From a virus, in the IMG/VR virus record IMGVR_UViG_3300033144_006696, positions 59,867 through 123,866 of that record: 64,000 nt of DNA; one strand, 5' to 3'. The notes beneath the pieces were generated by a model. It made no database searches. It was given only the letters and a program-made list of their open reading frames with translations, and was not told the DNA's origin. The translations under genes and the position numbers were made by a program. Below are positions 49,701 through 57,929 of the stretch, one piece after another. Each line of letters begins with the position of its first letter. Position 1 is the first letter of the stretch.

Positions 49701-50822
49701 TTATATCCCATTATTTTTATACATTTGAATATCTTCTTTTATCATATTATGATTTGTGATAGCATCTTTTGATTCAATATATTCTTCAAAAGACATCTTT
49801 GAATATATACCACGCATTAACCAATAAAAACGAAATGCACGACCAAGCCTAAGAGTCCAATGTTTCCCAATAAAAAGATCTTTTGTGCTAAGAATATTTA
49901 ATGGTTTGTAATATTGAGGATAAGGACGAACTTTCATATCAAAGCAAGTTTTCGCTCTGTAATAAGCATCCTGCGGTTTATCAGTGAAATTGAATAGAAC
50001 ATAGGACATCATACTGTTCGGAGATACTCCAGCATCCAAAAGCATTTTAACAGCATTCTGAAATACTCCATCCTCTTCAATTCTATCAAAAGCTACCCTC
50101 ATACCATTACGAATATACTTGAGTTTTGCTAATCTTGGAGCCATTTCTTTGGTGATATATTTTACATCAAATCCATTTTCAAAAAGAACTCTTTTATCAT
50201 GCTTCAAAGCAAAATCAATTACTTCATTTAGATGCTCAATGGGAGCAGCAGATAAATTGTTATCAAAGATCATGAGATTTGGTTTTGAAAGATCCACAAC
50301 TTCTTTCCAATGCTTATTAATCCATAATCCTTTTTCTATTCTTGGTACAGGACAATATGCACATTTATTGACACAGCCCCTGGTTGTAAATACATATGAA
50401 AATGTGTACCATGGATCTTCAATATTTCCCATAATTTCAGGATCAGGAGTATAAGTATCTAATCTTTTTGAGTATCCAGAAAACAAGAATGTATTTTCAA
50501 AATCTTTAAAAACTTTTGGCATTAGTGAAGAAAAGACTCCACCAAATAAAATTGGAGTATCAACATTAAAGAAACTACGCTGTTTAGTGATCTCAAATAC
50601 TGGTTTGGAATAATATGTAAATAGGGTTGTAACACATATTAGGTCAAATTTCTTCGGAAGGATATGGTTTGCAAATTCAACATGTTTACCTTTACTGAGT
50701 AAATATGATTTTATTTTTGCAAGACCAAGGGGTGGATATTTCTTTTTATATTCTGGTTCTATCAGCAATACTGAATTTGCTTTATCAAACATTTCAAAAA
50801 CAGCTTTTTCAGATATAATCAT
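49701..50822 (-). CDS. radical SAM protein with B12-binding-like N-terminus
   Basis: YPPLGLAKI; TTRGCVNKCAYC (CxxxCxxC); FDNN; FENGFD. Confidence 0.85.
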   Translation of the reverse strand: MIISEKAVFEMFDKANSVLLIEPEYKKKYPPLGLAKIKSYLLSKGKHVEFANHILPKKFDLICVTTLFTYYSKPVFEITKQRSFFNVDTPILFGGVFSSLMPKVFKDFENTFLFSGYSKRLDTYTPDPEIMGNIEDPWYTFSYVFTTRGCVNKCAYCPVPRIEKGLWINKHWKEVVDLSKPNLMIFDNNLSAAPIEHLNEVIDFALKHDKRVLFENGFDVKYITKEMAPRLAKLKYIRNGMRVAFDRIEEDGVFQNAVKMLLDAGVSPNSMMSYVLFNFTDKPQDAYYRAKTCFDMKVRPYPQYYKPLNILSTKDLFIGKHWTLRLGRAFRFYWLMRGIYSKMSFEEYIESKDAITNHNMIKEDIQMYKNNGI

Positions 50823-51643
50823 AGAGCATCCTCCAATAACCATAATTTTAGCAAAGAATAAACACATAAAGGAACTTGACCATTTCCTACTGCGGCTATT
50901 CTTTGTTTTTGATTTTTTACTGATTTTATTGGTTTTATTTTTCGCATATTATTTATTGTCCATTTAGGAATAAGAATTTTCTTTAGTGGTTTTAGGGATG
51001 TCCAATTTAATGGCCATCCCATTATGAATTCAAATACAACAGGATTTGTATTTTGTGGATTAGTGATTAATTTTGTACTTGTTTTTAAATCATATACATT
51101 CAATAATTTTCTTATATAAGAATCAACAGATGATCCAATTCTAAAACCAGCACAAGAACTAATTGTTGTCACTACTGGTTTTCTTACCAAAAATCCATAA
51201 TCTATTCCTTTTATGGAGTGCTCCCACATCTTTTGCTGATAAAGTACTCCATCTAATATCATACCCGAGTTTGGACAAGTTTCCGAATATGGAGTAAGTG
51301 TAGGGAAAATTGAGCATGTTCGATACGTTTTCAAAAAAGAAAAATCTTGGTTGAATGATGCGAACGGTTTCTTGCGTTGCTGGCCACATATCTCTTTCAT
51401 CGTCTTCAGCTTGACGTAATCCCGAGCTTGCGAACGGTTGGCAAGGCGGACCTCCTGTAATGATATCAACCATTCCCTTATATGCTTTGGCGTAACCTTC
51501 TGAATTGAAAGTCCTAATATCTCCAAAGATTGGACATTTATGCAAGAGTTCATCTTTTTGTCTTTGAATAAGGACTTTTTGACAGTATTCATTATATTCC
51601 ACCATTCCAATAGTCTCAATCCCAAGATGCAAGGAAGTGCCAA
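50819..51643 (-). CDS. C5-methyltransferase C-terminal (beta) polypeptide in an overlapping frame
   Basis: NPVVFEFIMGWPLNWT (motif IX), RIAAVGNGQVP (motif X); true start uncertain. Confidence 0.7.
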   Translation of the reverse strand: MALPCILGLRLLEWWNIMNTVKKSLFKDKKMNSCINVQSLEILGLSIQKVTPKHIREWLISLQEVRLANRSQARDYVKLKTMKEICGQQRKKPFASFNQDFSFLKTYRTCSIFPTLTPYSETCPNSGMILDGVLYQQKMWEHSIKGIDYGFLVRKPVVTTISSCAGFRIGSSVDSYIRKLLNVYDLKTSTKLITNPQNTNPVVFEFIMGWPLNWTSLKPLKKILIPKWTINNMRKIKPIKSVKNQKQRIAAVGNGQVPLCVYSLLKLWLLEDAL

Positions 51644-51701
51644 TTAGACCACCTCCTGCACCAGAGAATAAACTGAGTTCTTTAAGAATTGTCGTTGACA
51701 T
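51159..51701 (-). CDS. C5-methyltransferase N-terminal (alpha) polypeptide
   Basis: LFSGAGG, GGPPCQPFA, FENV, HKRNRLW (motifs I-VIII). Confidence 0.88.
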   Translation of the reverse strand: MSTTILKELSLFSGAGGGLIGTSLHLGIETIGMVEYNEYCQKVLIQRQKDELLHKCPIFGDIRTFNSEGYAKAYKGMVDIITGGPPCQPFASSGLRQAEDDERDMWPATQETVRIIQPRFFFFENVSNMLNFPYTYSIFGNLSKLGYDIRWSTLSAKDVGALHKRNRLWIFGKKTSSDNN

Positions 51702-52311
51702 GTTTCATAACACAAACAACAGTGGAAACTGTACTGGTGATGTTTCTGCCTGGAAATTTATCTTGAATAACTTCCACAATTTCTTTTGTAGTAGTAATAT
51801 TATCTAAAATATACACTCTAACTGCTTCAGCAACAATGCCAAGATTCTTACCTGGAGAAGTAGTTAGTTTTTCTTTCTTTTCTTTCTTTTTTTCATTAGC
51901 AAGGGCAGATTTCTTGATCTTCTTGGTTTTTTTAGTCTTTTTGGTTTTCTTATCATCAGGAACATCAGCATCAGAAACATCTTCTATATCTTCTACATCA
52001 TTAGAAACATCAACATCAGAAACATCTTCTATATCTTCTACATCATTAGAAACATCAGCATCAGAAACATCTTCTACATCATCAGGAGCATCTTCTGCAA
52101 TAAATTCATTATAGAAATCTATAACACTTTCTGGCAGTGCCTTTATTTTATCATTTTCAATAAAATCAAGAACTGCATTGGTAAAATCTTCAATAACCTT
52201 CGCTTTCTTTACAGCAACGATCTTGATAGTAGACTTTTCATCAGCTTTCAGAACTGCATTCAGGGCTGAGACTGCTTCTTTAAATTCTTTGTTTGGCATA
52301 CTTTTGGTCAT
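51682..52311 (-). CDS. acidic/basic low-complexity protein
   Basis: D-rich tandem repeats followed by a K-rich stretch; AAGGAG SD. Confidence 0.7.
   Translation of the reverse strand: MTKSMPNKEFKEAVSALNAVLKADEKSTIKIVAVKKAKVIEDFTNAVLDFIENDKIKALPESVIDFYNEFIAEDAPDDVEDVSDADVSNDVEDIEDVSDVDVSNDVEDIEDVSDADVPDDKKTKKTKKTKKIKKSALANEKKKEKKEKLTTSPGKNLGIVAEAVRVYILDNITTTKEIVEVIQDKFPGRNITSTVSTVVCVMKHVNDNS
51961..52085. repeat. 45-bp tandem repeat encoding DVEDIEDVSDADVSN-like units
   Basis: About 2.7 copies. Confidence 0.8.
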
Positions 52312-52545
52312 TTTAAAACTCCTTCTTGTGGTTTGTTATTACTTATTGAATTTACAATACATTATTCATTTAAAAACATAATAAGAATTTAATAATTTTT
52401 AAATAAAAAGTCAATGAAAAAATGTTTAAAAAATAATAATAATTGAAAATAATAATGTTCATTTTTGTAAGTGCTTTAATTTGTATGATTTTTCACCAAT
52501 TATTATTTATTCAATTCTTCATAAAAATCCCTATAATCTTCTTTT

Positions 52546-53292
52546 TTAATCAGTAATTAAAACTCTATAATTCATCAGTGAATTATAGATACATGCATCC
52601 AAAACTGCTTTGTACTTATTTGTCATTATTTTAATATGTTTTTCTTTTTCAATTTTATAAACTTTGAAAGTTCCTCCAGGAGTAGAAAAATACCCAATAT
52701 GTTTACCGCATAAATAAGAGACATATCTATTTGTACTTTTCTGCAAGTTTACTCCAATAGGATATTTACCTCTGGATTTATTTCTTTTAGTTAATAATTT
52801 ATTAATTGATTAGGGAACAAAAGAACAAAACTCAGGAGAATAGACTTTATTACCTTTTCTGATAATATCTTTATCAAGATTTACTTCTTCATCTAAAAGT
52901 TCATAATAATTATTTTGGAACCATTCAGCAAAGTTTTGGAAATTCAACCATTTTTCACAAACTATAACATTTTGGTATGTTAAATTTTTATTTATATAAT
53001 ATAGATCATAACAATGTCTAAGCATATTATGCCATGCATTATACCAAATTGTATTTTTACCATTTATTGATAGTTTATATTTTCCTACCCCAAAATAACC
53101 AATCCCAAAAACATTTGGAAATAAAGGATCTTTTACATTTCCAGTTTTAAAATGATTATACTGTGTTCTTACAATTGGACCAGTTTTAAATTTAACTTTA
53201 ATATCATTTGAGCCATTGTATTCAATAATTTTCATTAAGCCACTATTGCCTTTTCTGATTTCGCCTGTACGATATTTTATTTGTATTACCAT
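52546..53292 (-). pseudogene. HNH/AP2-type endonuclease copy 4 with in-frame TAA at 52810-52812
   Basis: FCSFVP*SINKLL versus FVPQSINLLL in copy 1; frame continues to ITD*. Confidence 0.75.
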
Positions 53293-53443
53293 TTTTCAGT
53301 ACTCTTGATTCTTGTTCTTTCTTAATTACTCTTTTCATATATTGGTATAATATATCTGACATTGTTGTTTTTTTCATAAGTGCAATAGTTTTGAACTGCA
53401 AATGTTCTTCTTCAGATACAGCAAAAATTAAATTCTTTTTCAT
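53243..53443 (-). CDS. ribbon-helix-helix regulator
   Basis: LIFAVSEEEHLQFKTIALMKKTTMSDIL. Confidence 0.75.
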   Translation of the reverse strand: MKKNLIFAVSEEEHLQFKTIALMKKTTMSDILYQYMKRVIKKEQESRVLKNGNTNKISYRRNQKRQ

Positions 53444-53497
53444 TTTACTCTCTTATTAATTTATTTGTTTATTATTATATTCTTGCTGTGTCAAGAA

Positions 53498-55018
53498 CTA
53501 TTTAAAAGGATAATACGAATCCAAATATGAACATCCGGCCTTCAAATCCACCAAAACTGTACAAGTCTTTCCAGGAATAAATGGTTGTGATCGTGCTTCA
53601 GTGATTCCATATCGAATAATACCTTTTTCCTTTTCTTCAGGAGTTTGATTAAGACCACACATGGTGTTGACATGTTGGTTTTTTCCATAATATCCACCTT
53701 GATGCGTTGAATTCAATGTTTGTGCTGAATGTCCTTCCTTATTGGCTTGTGTTGCTGTAATAAACAAAGCATTATACTCACCTGCCATACGTGCAACTAA
53801 TTTCCATGCTTGATCCACCGCTCTATAGTCATCAAACTTTGATCCAATATCTAAGATATCAATATAATCTAAAATAAAAATATCAGGAACAAAACCATCT
53901 TGAGCATTCAATACCTCTATATCTCTTTTCATTTTGTCATATGTAAGAGTGTATTTATTATGCACAGAAAGTCTTCCATATTTTCCTAATACATCACTAA
54001 GACCTACTGCTCTATCTGTTCCTGTGAGCATATTATTTACTGTAAAGATATCATCAGCATCTCTGTAGATTTGATCATAGTAAATTGTCATAGTAAATTT
54101 ATGTGGTCCTTTACCGTACATACATTTTGTACAAGGAATATGACTCGGGTCTTCTAAAACTTCATCATCTTCTAAAACAATAACAGGAGATAATCTATCA
54201 ACACATTCACCAGTCTGATTTTTGAGACAATCAAAAGTTGGGAATGTGTAAATTCCTGGTTCTTCAATCATAGGATGGAATGCTTTCATAATTCTTGGTG
54301 TGATTTCTGTTTTTGTCATTTCTATTGACCAGAAGATTGTTTTCTTTTTTTGTAAAACTGCATGTTTAAAATGATCTACAAGGGCGAAGGTCTTGCCTTT
54401 TTTAGCCGCAGCATAGTATCCTACAACATCCCCTCTTTTGAAAGCACCAAGATATCGTCCAAGATCTCCTGGCATTTTGAAAAACTTTTTATCTCCTTCT
54501 TCCCGCTGCTTATATATTTCAGTAATTTGATCAAGATTACCAAGATTTATCAGAGATCCAGCATCAAGTTCCAAAGAGACTTTGGTAAAATCAGTGATTA
54601 TTTTTTCAGCTTCATCATAATCACCCCTTTCTTTTAAAATTGATAGATTATTTACAACAATCTCTAATTCTCTTTTACGGATATAATCAACTGCACAATC
54701 TCTGAGATAATCAACATTAACAGAATCAGGATCATATTGATCAGAAAGGGTTTCTAAAAGCTCACCAATCAATTCAGCGTCAGTTTCTTTGAGGCGATGA
54801 GATTCAGATTCATAAATATCCTTTATATGTATATTTGGCACTTTTTCATGTTCTTGATAAAATGCTATTGCCCAACTTGCAACTGTTCTGAGATATGAAT
54901 TTGTGAAATGATCAAGTTCAAGAATTGGTAGAATTTCTTTTGTGAATTTATCTGATGTGATTAATGCTATAGTTATTCTTTTTTCTTCGGTTACTGATAC
55001 AGTACGGGATTGAATCAT
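53498..55018 (-). CDS. dnaB: replicative helicase, DnaB-like
   Basis: AAAKKGKT Walker A, WSIEMT, ILDYIDIL, TATQANKEG. Confidence 0.85.
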   Translation of the reverse strand: MIQSRTVSVTEEKRITIALITSDKFTKEILPILELDHFTNSYLRTVASWAIAFYQEHEKVPNIHIKDIYESESHRLKETDAELIGELLETLSDQYDPDSVNVDYLRDCAVDYIRKRELEIVVNNLSILKERGDYDEAEKIITDFTKVSLELDAGSLINLGNLDQITEIYKQREEGDKKFFKMPGDLGRYLGAFKRGDVVGYYAAAKKGKTFALVDHFKHAVLQKKKTIFWSIEMTKTEITPRIMKAFHPMIEEPGIYTFPTFDCLKNQTGECVDRLSPVIVLEDDEVLEDPSHIPCTKCMYGKGPHKFTMTIYYDQIYRDADDIFTVNNMLTGTDRAVGLSDVLGKYGRLSVHNKYTLTYDKMKRDIEVLNAQDGFVPDIFILDYIDILDIGSKFDDYRAVDQAWKLVARMAGEYNALFITATQANKEGHSAQTLNSTHQGGYYGKNQHVNTMCGLNQTPEEKEKGIIRYGITEARSQPFIPGKTCTVLVDLKAGCSYLDSYYPFK

Positions 55019-55030
55019 ATTTTAGATCCT

Positions 55031-55816
55031 TTAAATATTTTCTAATAAATCTAAAATGAACTCACGGCCCTTCTCGGTCCAAACTGTAGAATGGGAGGTT
55101 TGTTTACTTACTTGTCTACCATTATTAATGATATGAGTTCGTGTATTAACCAATCCTCTATCTTGGTATTGTTGTTTAAGCAACCATTGACCACTTTGTT
55201 TAAATTGAACTCCAGACTGTTCAAGAACTGTATTTAAGGAATGAGCCGTCATTTCGACCTGTTTCGCAATCTGAGTTATTGTAAAATCTGATTTTGAATC
55301 CAGAACTTTATCATAATATTTGACTTTTGGGCGATCTTTTTTGATTTTGCGTGTTTGCTTTTTTACTACTTTTTTCTGTTTTTCAATTTCTTCAAGAGCA
55401 AGAACCTTTTGCTTTTCTGAAATGACTAACTGTTCTAATGCTTCGATATAATTAGTGGGCAATGATTCTTTTTTGTTATAATCTGTAAATGCTCTCATAA
55501 TCTGAATTGATCTTTTCACAGCAATGTCAGATCTAAGAATTGAAGAGAGTTGATTTGCTCCATATTGTGTAAAAATGTATGTAAGTGCTGGGGATTGTTG
55601 ACTTATCGCATTTTGCGATAACAGAAATTTCTGTTCAATATCAGTGACTTGGAACATAAAATCATCAGGGAATTTATTTTTATTTCTTTTTACTGCTTCA
55701 TTTAATCGTCCAGTTTTAACTTGATAAATCTTTGCAAGATCTTTTGCAAACATTCCGTCAGGTCTTCCCGGTAAACTTATGATTAAAGATTGGATTCGTT
55801 CAATTATTGCTTTCAT
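55031..55816 (-). CDS. ORF6N plus ANT/KilAC antirepressor
   Basis: DLAKIYQV, LNEAVKRNKNKFPDDFMFQ, FTQYGANQLSSIL; TITQIAK, TVWTEKGREFI. Confidence 0.9.
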   Translation of the reverse strand: MKAIIERIQSLIISLPGRPDGMFAKDLAKIYQVKTGRLNEAVKRNKNKFPDDFMFQVTDIEQKFLLSQNAISQQSPALTYIFTQYGANQLSSILRSDIAVKRSIQIMRAFTDYNKKESLPTNYIEALEQLVISEKQKVLALEEIEKQKKVVKKQTRKIKKDRPKVKYYDKVLDSKSDFTITQIAKQVEMTAHSLNTVLEQSGVQFKQSGQWLLKQQYQDRGLVNTRTHIINNGRQVSKQTSHSTVWTEKGREFILDLLENI

Positions 55817-55958
55817 TTTCTTTCTCCTTTTCTTTAATAAAATCCTTCATCATTTCAATAATTATATGAGTCATTGGTTTATCCTCTTTCAATGCAGCAA
55901 ATTTAAAGTTTCTGTGCAGCTCTCTTGGTATTAAGATAGTCATGGAAAATTTTTGCAT
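55800..55958 (-). CDS. ribbon-helix-helix regulator (52 aa)
   Basis: Read manually: MQKFSMTILIPRELHRNFKFAALKEDKPMTHIII; AAGGAG SD. Confidence 0.75.
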   Translation of the reverse strand: MQKFSMTILIPRELHRNFKFAALKEDKPMTHIIIEMMKDFIKEKEKENESNN

Positions 55959-55993
55959 TTTTGCTCCTTTATTTTTTTTGATTAAACTATTAT

Positions 55994-56023
55994 TTTATAC
56001 AATAAAAAGTTATATATTGTCAA
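55994..56023 (-). promoter_or_regulatory. sigma70-like promoter
   Basis: TTGACA-18-TATAAA. Confidence 0.6.
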
Positions 56024-56055
56024 GCTTTTTTTAATATATTTTTATTAAGTTTTTA

Positions 56056-56084
56056 TTGACTTTTTCACTTGATTATCATAAGAT
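56056..56084 (+). promoter_or_regulatory. sigma70-like promoter, duplicate of 26264
   Basis: TTGACT-17-TAAGAT. Confidence 0.7.
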
Positions 56085-56105
56085 GATTTCTCAATAAATT
56101 ACTTC

Positions 56106-56170
56106 ATGATTTTGATAGCAAAGGGTCCATGGCCCTGGGAGGATTGGTCTCCTCCCTGCTATCATAATTT
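56106..56170 (+). ncRNA. GC-rich three-way-junction leader
   Basis: UGAUAGCA/UGCUAUCA closing stem, GGGUC/GGCCC hairpin, GGGAGGA/UCCUCCC hairpin. Confidence 0.5.
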
Positions 56171-56200
56171 TCAATGACCACCATTAACCAAGGTGATATT

Positions 56201-56515
56201 ATGTTTAATCTGGATATTTATGCAGAACTTCTTGAGAAAAATCCCTCTTTAGCAAAAACATACTTTGAAGACCATTCACAACCACAAGATTTACCTACTC
56301 ATAAAGTACCTTCATTACTAAATCCTGATATTATTGAGACATTGGCTAAAAAATTTGGATGTTCAGTTGAAGAATTAACTGAAAATTTTGATTTTTTAGT
56401 TTGTGTTGAAGAATTAGAAAAATATGATATTGATGGAGTAATCCATTATGCAGTAAATGAAGATTCTGATTTTCATAATTATGTACGTGATACAGGTGAA
56501 TATCCTAAGTTATAG
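56201..56515 (+). CDS. hypothetical protein sharing its N-terminal motif with cassette proteins
   Basis: DIYAELLEKNPSLAKTY; AAGGTGA SD. Confidence 0.7.
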   Translation: MFNLDIYAELLEKNPSLAKTYFEDHSQPQDLPTHKVPSLLNPDIIETLAKKFGCSVEELTENFDFLVCVEELEKYDIDGVIHYAVNEDSDFHNYVRDTGEYPKL

Positions 56516-56531
56516 TAATTAAATAAACTTC

Positions 56532-56561
56532 TTGCTTCTTTCATAATACTTCTGTTATGCT
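56532..56561 (+). promoter_or_regulatory. cassette C promoter
   Basis: TTGCTT-18-TATGCT. Confidence 0.6.
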
Positions 56562-56562
56562 T

Positions 56563-56652
56563 AGTCATTCAAATTGTGGGAATAGATACGAAAGTCATGA
56601 GTCGTATTGAAAATTGATCCCGTCAATCAACTTTCCCACATTCTTTTATGAC
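56563..56652 (+). ncRNA. cloverleaf leader RNA, copy C
   Basis: GUCAU/AUGAC, UGUGGGAA/UUCCCACA, AUACGA/UCGUAU, UUGAU/AUCAA stems. Confidence 0.6.
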
Positions 56653-56673
56653 GGCTTTTGGCGGGAAAATATT

Positions 56674-57243
56674 ATGAATAACCAAGAAATATATCAAAAA
56701 TTCCTCGAATTAGATCCTTCCTTTGCTAAGAAATTCAAAACAGAAAACATCACAAAATCCAAAAAGAAAATCCCCTGGCCTTTAAAACACAAATGGTATC
56801 ATCATAAAAAATTCGATAGCGTCAAGAAGCGTTTCAAGTATCTTGAGACAATTCTTATTGAGATTGGTAATTCTCTATATAGATTAACCCAAAATAAATG
56901 TAAAAAACTAATATCTAATGATAAACTTACGAAAGATCATTCTTTTATTCTTAATAGAAAAAGAAAAACTCCTGCGTTTATGCGCTTAAATTGCAAATTC
57001 TTAATTGCAAAGAAAGTTGGTTGTTCTGTCCGTACTGTTGAATACATACTTAGAGCTTTAGTTCGTATAGATGCATTAAAAGTTTCAAATTTTGGAAAAG
57101 GAAAATCATATTATCATTGTGGTTATTGGGGAAAGTACAAAAACAAAGAAGATGTAATTGATTTCAAAATCCATATGTACATGAATCAAAAAGTTGCTAA
57201 AGAAATGGCTGATCCAGATAAATTCTATAAAAGAAAAATCTAA
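56674..57243 (+). CDS. cassette C wHTH DNA-binding protein
   Basis: LIAKKVGCSVRTVEYILRALVRIDALKV; homologous to 26459-27073. Confidence 0.78.
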   Translation: MNNQEIYQKFLELDPSFAKKFKTENITKSKKKIPWPLKHKWYHHKKFDSVKKRFKYLETILIEIGNSLYRLTQNKCKKLISNDKLTKDHSFILNRKRKTPAFMRLNCKFLIAKKVGCSVRTVEYILRALVRIDALKVSNFGKGKSYYHCGYWGKYKNKEDVIDFKIHMYMNQKVAKEMADPDKFYKRKI

Positions 57244-57256
57244 AATATAGCTCTAA

Positions 57257-57358
57257 TTTAAGATACGCCCGGGCGTATCTTAAATATTCCACTGGGGCGT
57301 ATCTTAAAATTCGTAAGTGATTGATTTTATTAATTTCAAGAATTTTAAGATACGCCCC
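57257..57358. repeat. four TTAAGATACGCCC repeats in two inverted pairs, cassette C
   Basis: Perfect 28-bp palindrome 57257-57284; wide pair 57294-57358 encloses an IHF consensus at 57314-57326. Confidence 0.9.
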
Positions 57359-57558
57359 AATGAAAATCAGTAATATTGATATTTAGAGTTATTTCAATAG
57401 ATTACAATAGAATTAATATTCTGTTTTGATTTTCTATGGAAAAATACATAAGAGTACCCCTTATATAGAGAGTCTTTTCCGTTCGACTTACGTTATTGTA
57501 AGCATCATGTTATCACATGTCTTTAGTCTCTCTCCAAAGTACTCTCATGCGTTGCAAA

Positions 57559-57776
57559 GCAACGCTGGGGAGAGGGGCTTCGCTTTGGTTACAAGAGCAT
57601 ATCGTTGTTCATTACACAGCAAGATTATTCATTGCACAACAAGATCAATTCTTGCTCATTGCAGAGCATTTTAGAAATATCCTATATATTGCTATTGCAT
57701 ATTAATCATTGCATATCTAAGAGCATTTATTGTAGATCAGAGGAGTATTCCGGTTTTGAGCATATACTTATATTGA
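57559..57776 (+). repeat. conserved cassette tail, copy C
   Basis: Homologous to tails A and B. Confidence 0.8.
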
Positions 57777-57842
57777 TTCTTTTTCTATGATATGATAAGA
57801 TTTAATTTCTCAAGTTGATTAAGTATGCAATATGTTTTTATT

Positions 57843-57929
57843 ATGGCAACTTATTTTATCGGATGCACGAAGAAATTATTACCTAAAAGATTTCTCTTTG
57901 CATATTGACCTGATAAAATAAGTTGCCAT
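57843..57929 (+). promoter_or_regulatory. ATGGCAAC...GTTGCCAT long hairpin
   Basis: Perfect 18-bp stem ATGGCAACTTATTTTATC/GATAAAATAAGTTGCCAT followed by a T-run. Confidence 0.65.

Noticed and set aside
7487-52812. Stop-codon reassignment suggested by the in-frame TGA (7487) and TAA (52810)
   Set aside because: All three stop codons terminate conserved genes normally, no suppressor tRNA is visible, and both cases are simple C-to-T transitions
56106-56170. tRNA gene
   Set aside because: Only two internal hairpins; no T-loop GTTC, D-loop or anticodon arm pattern
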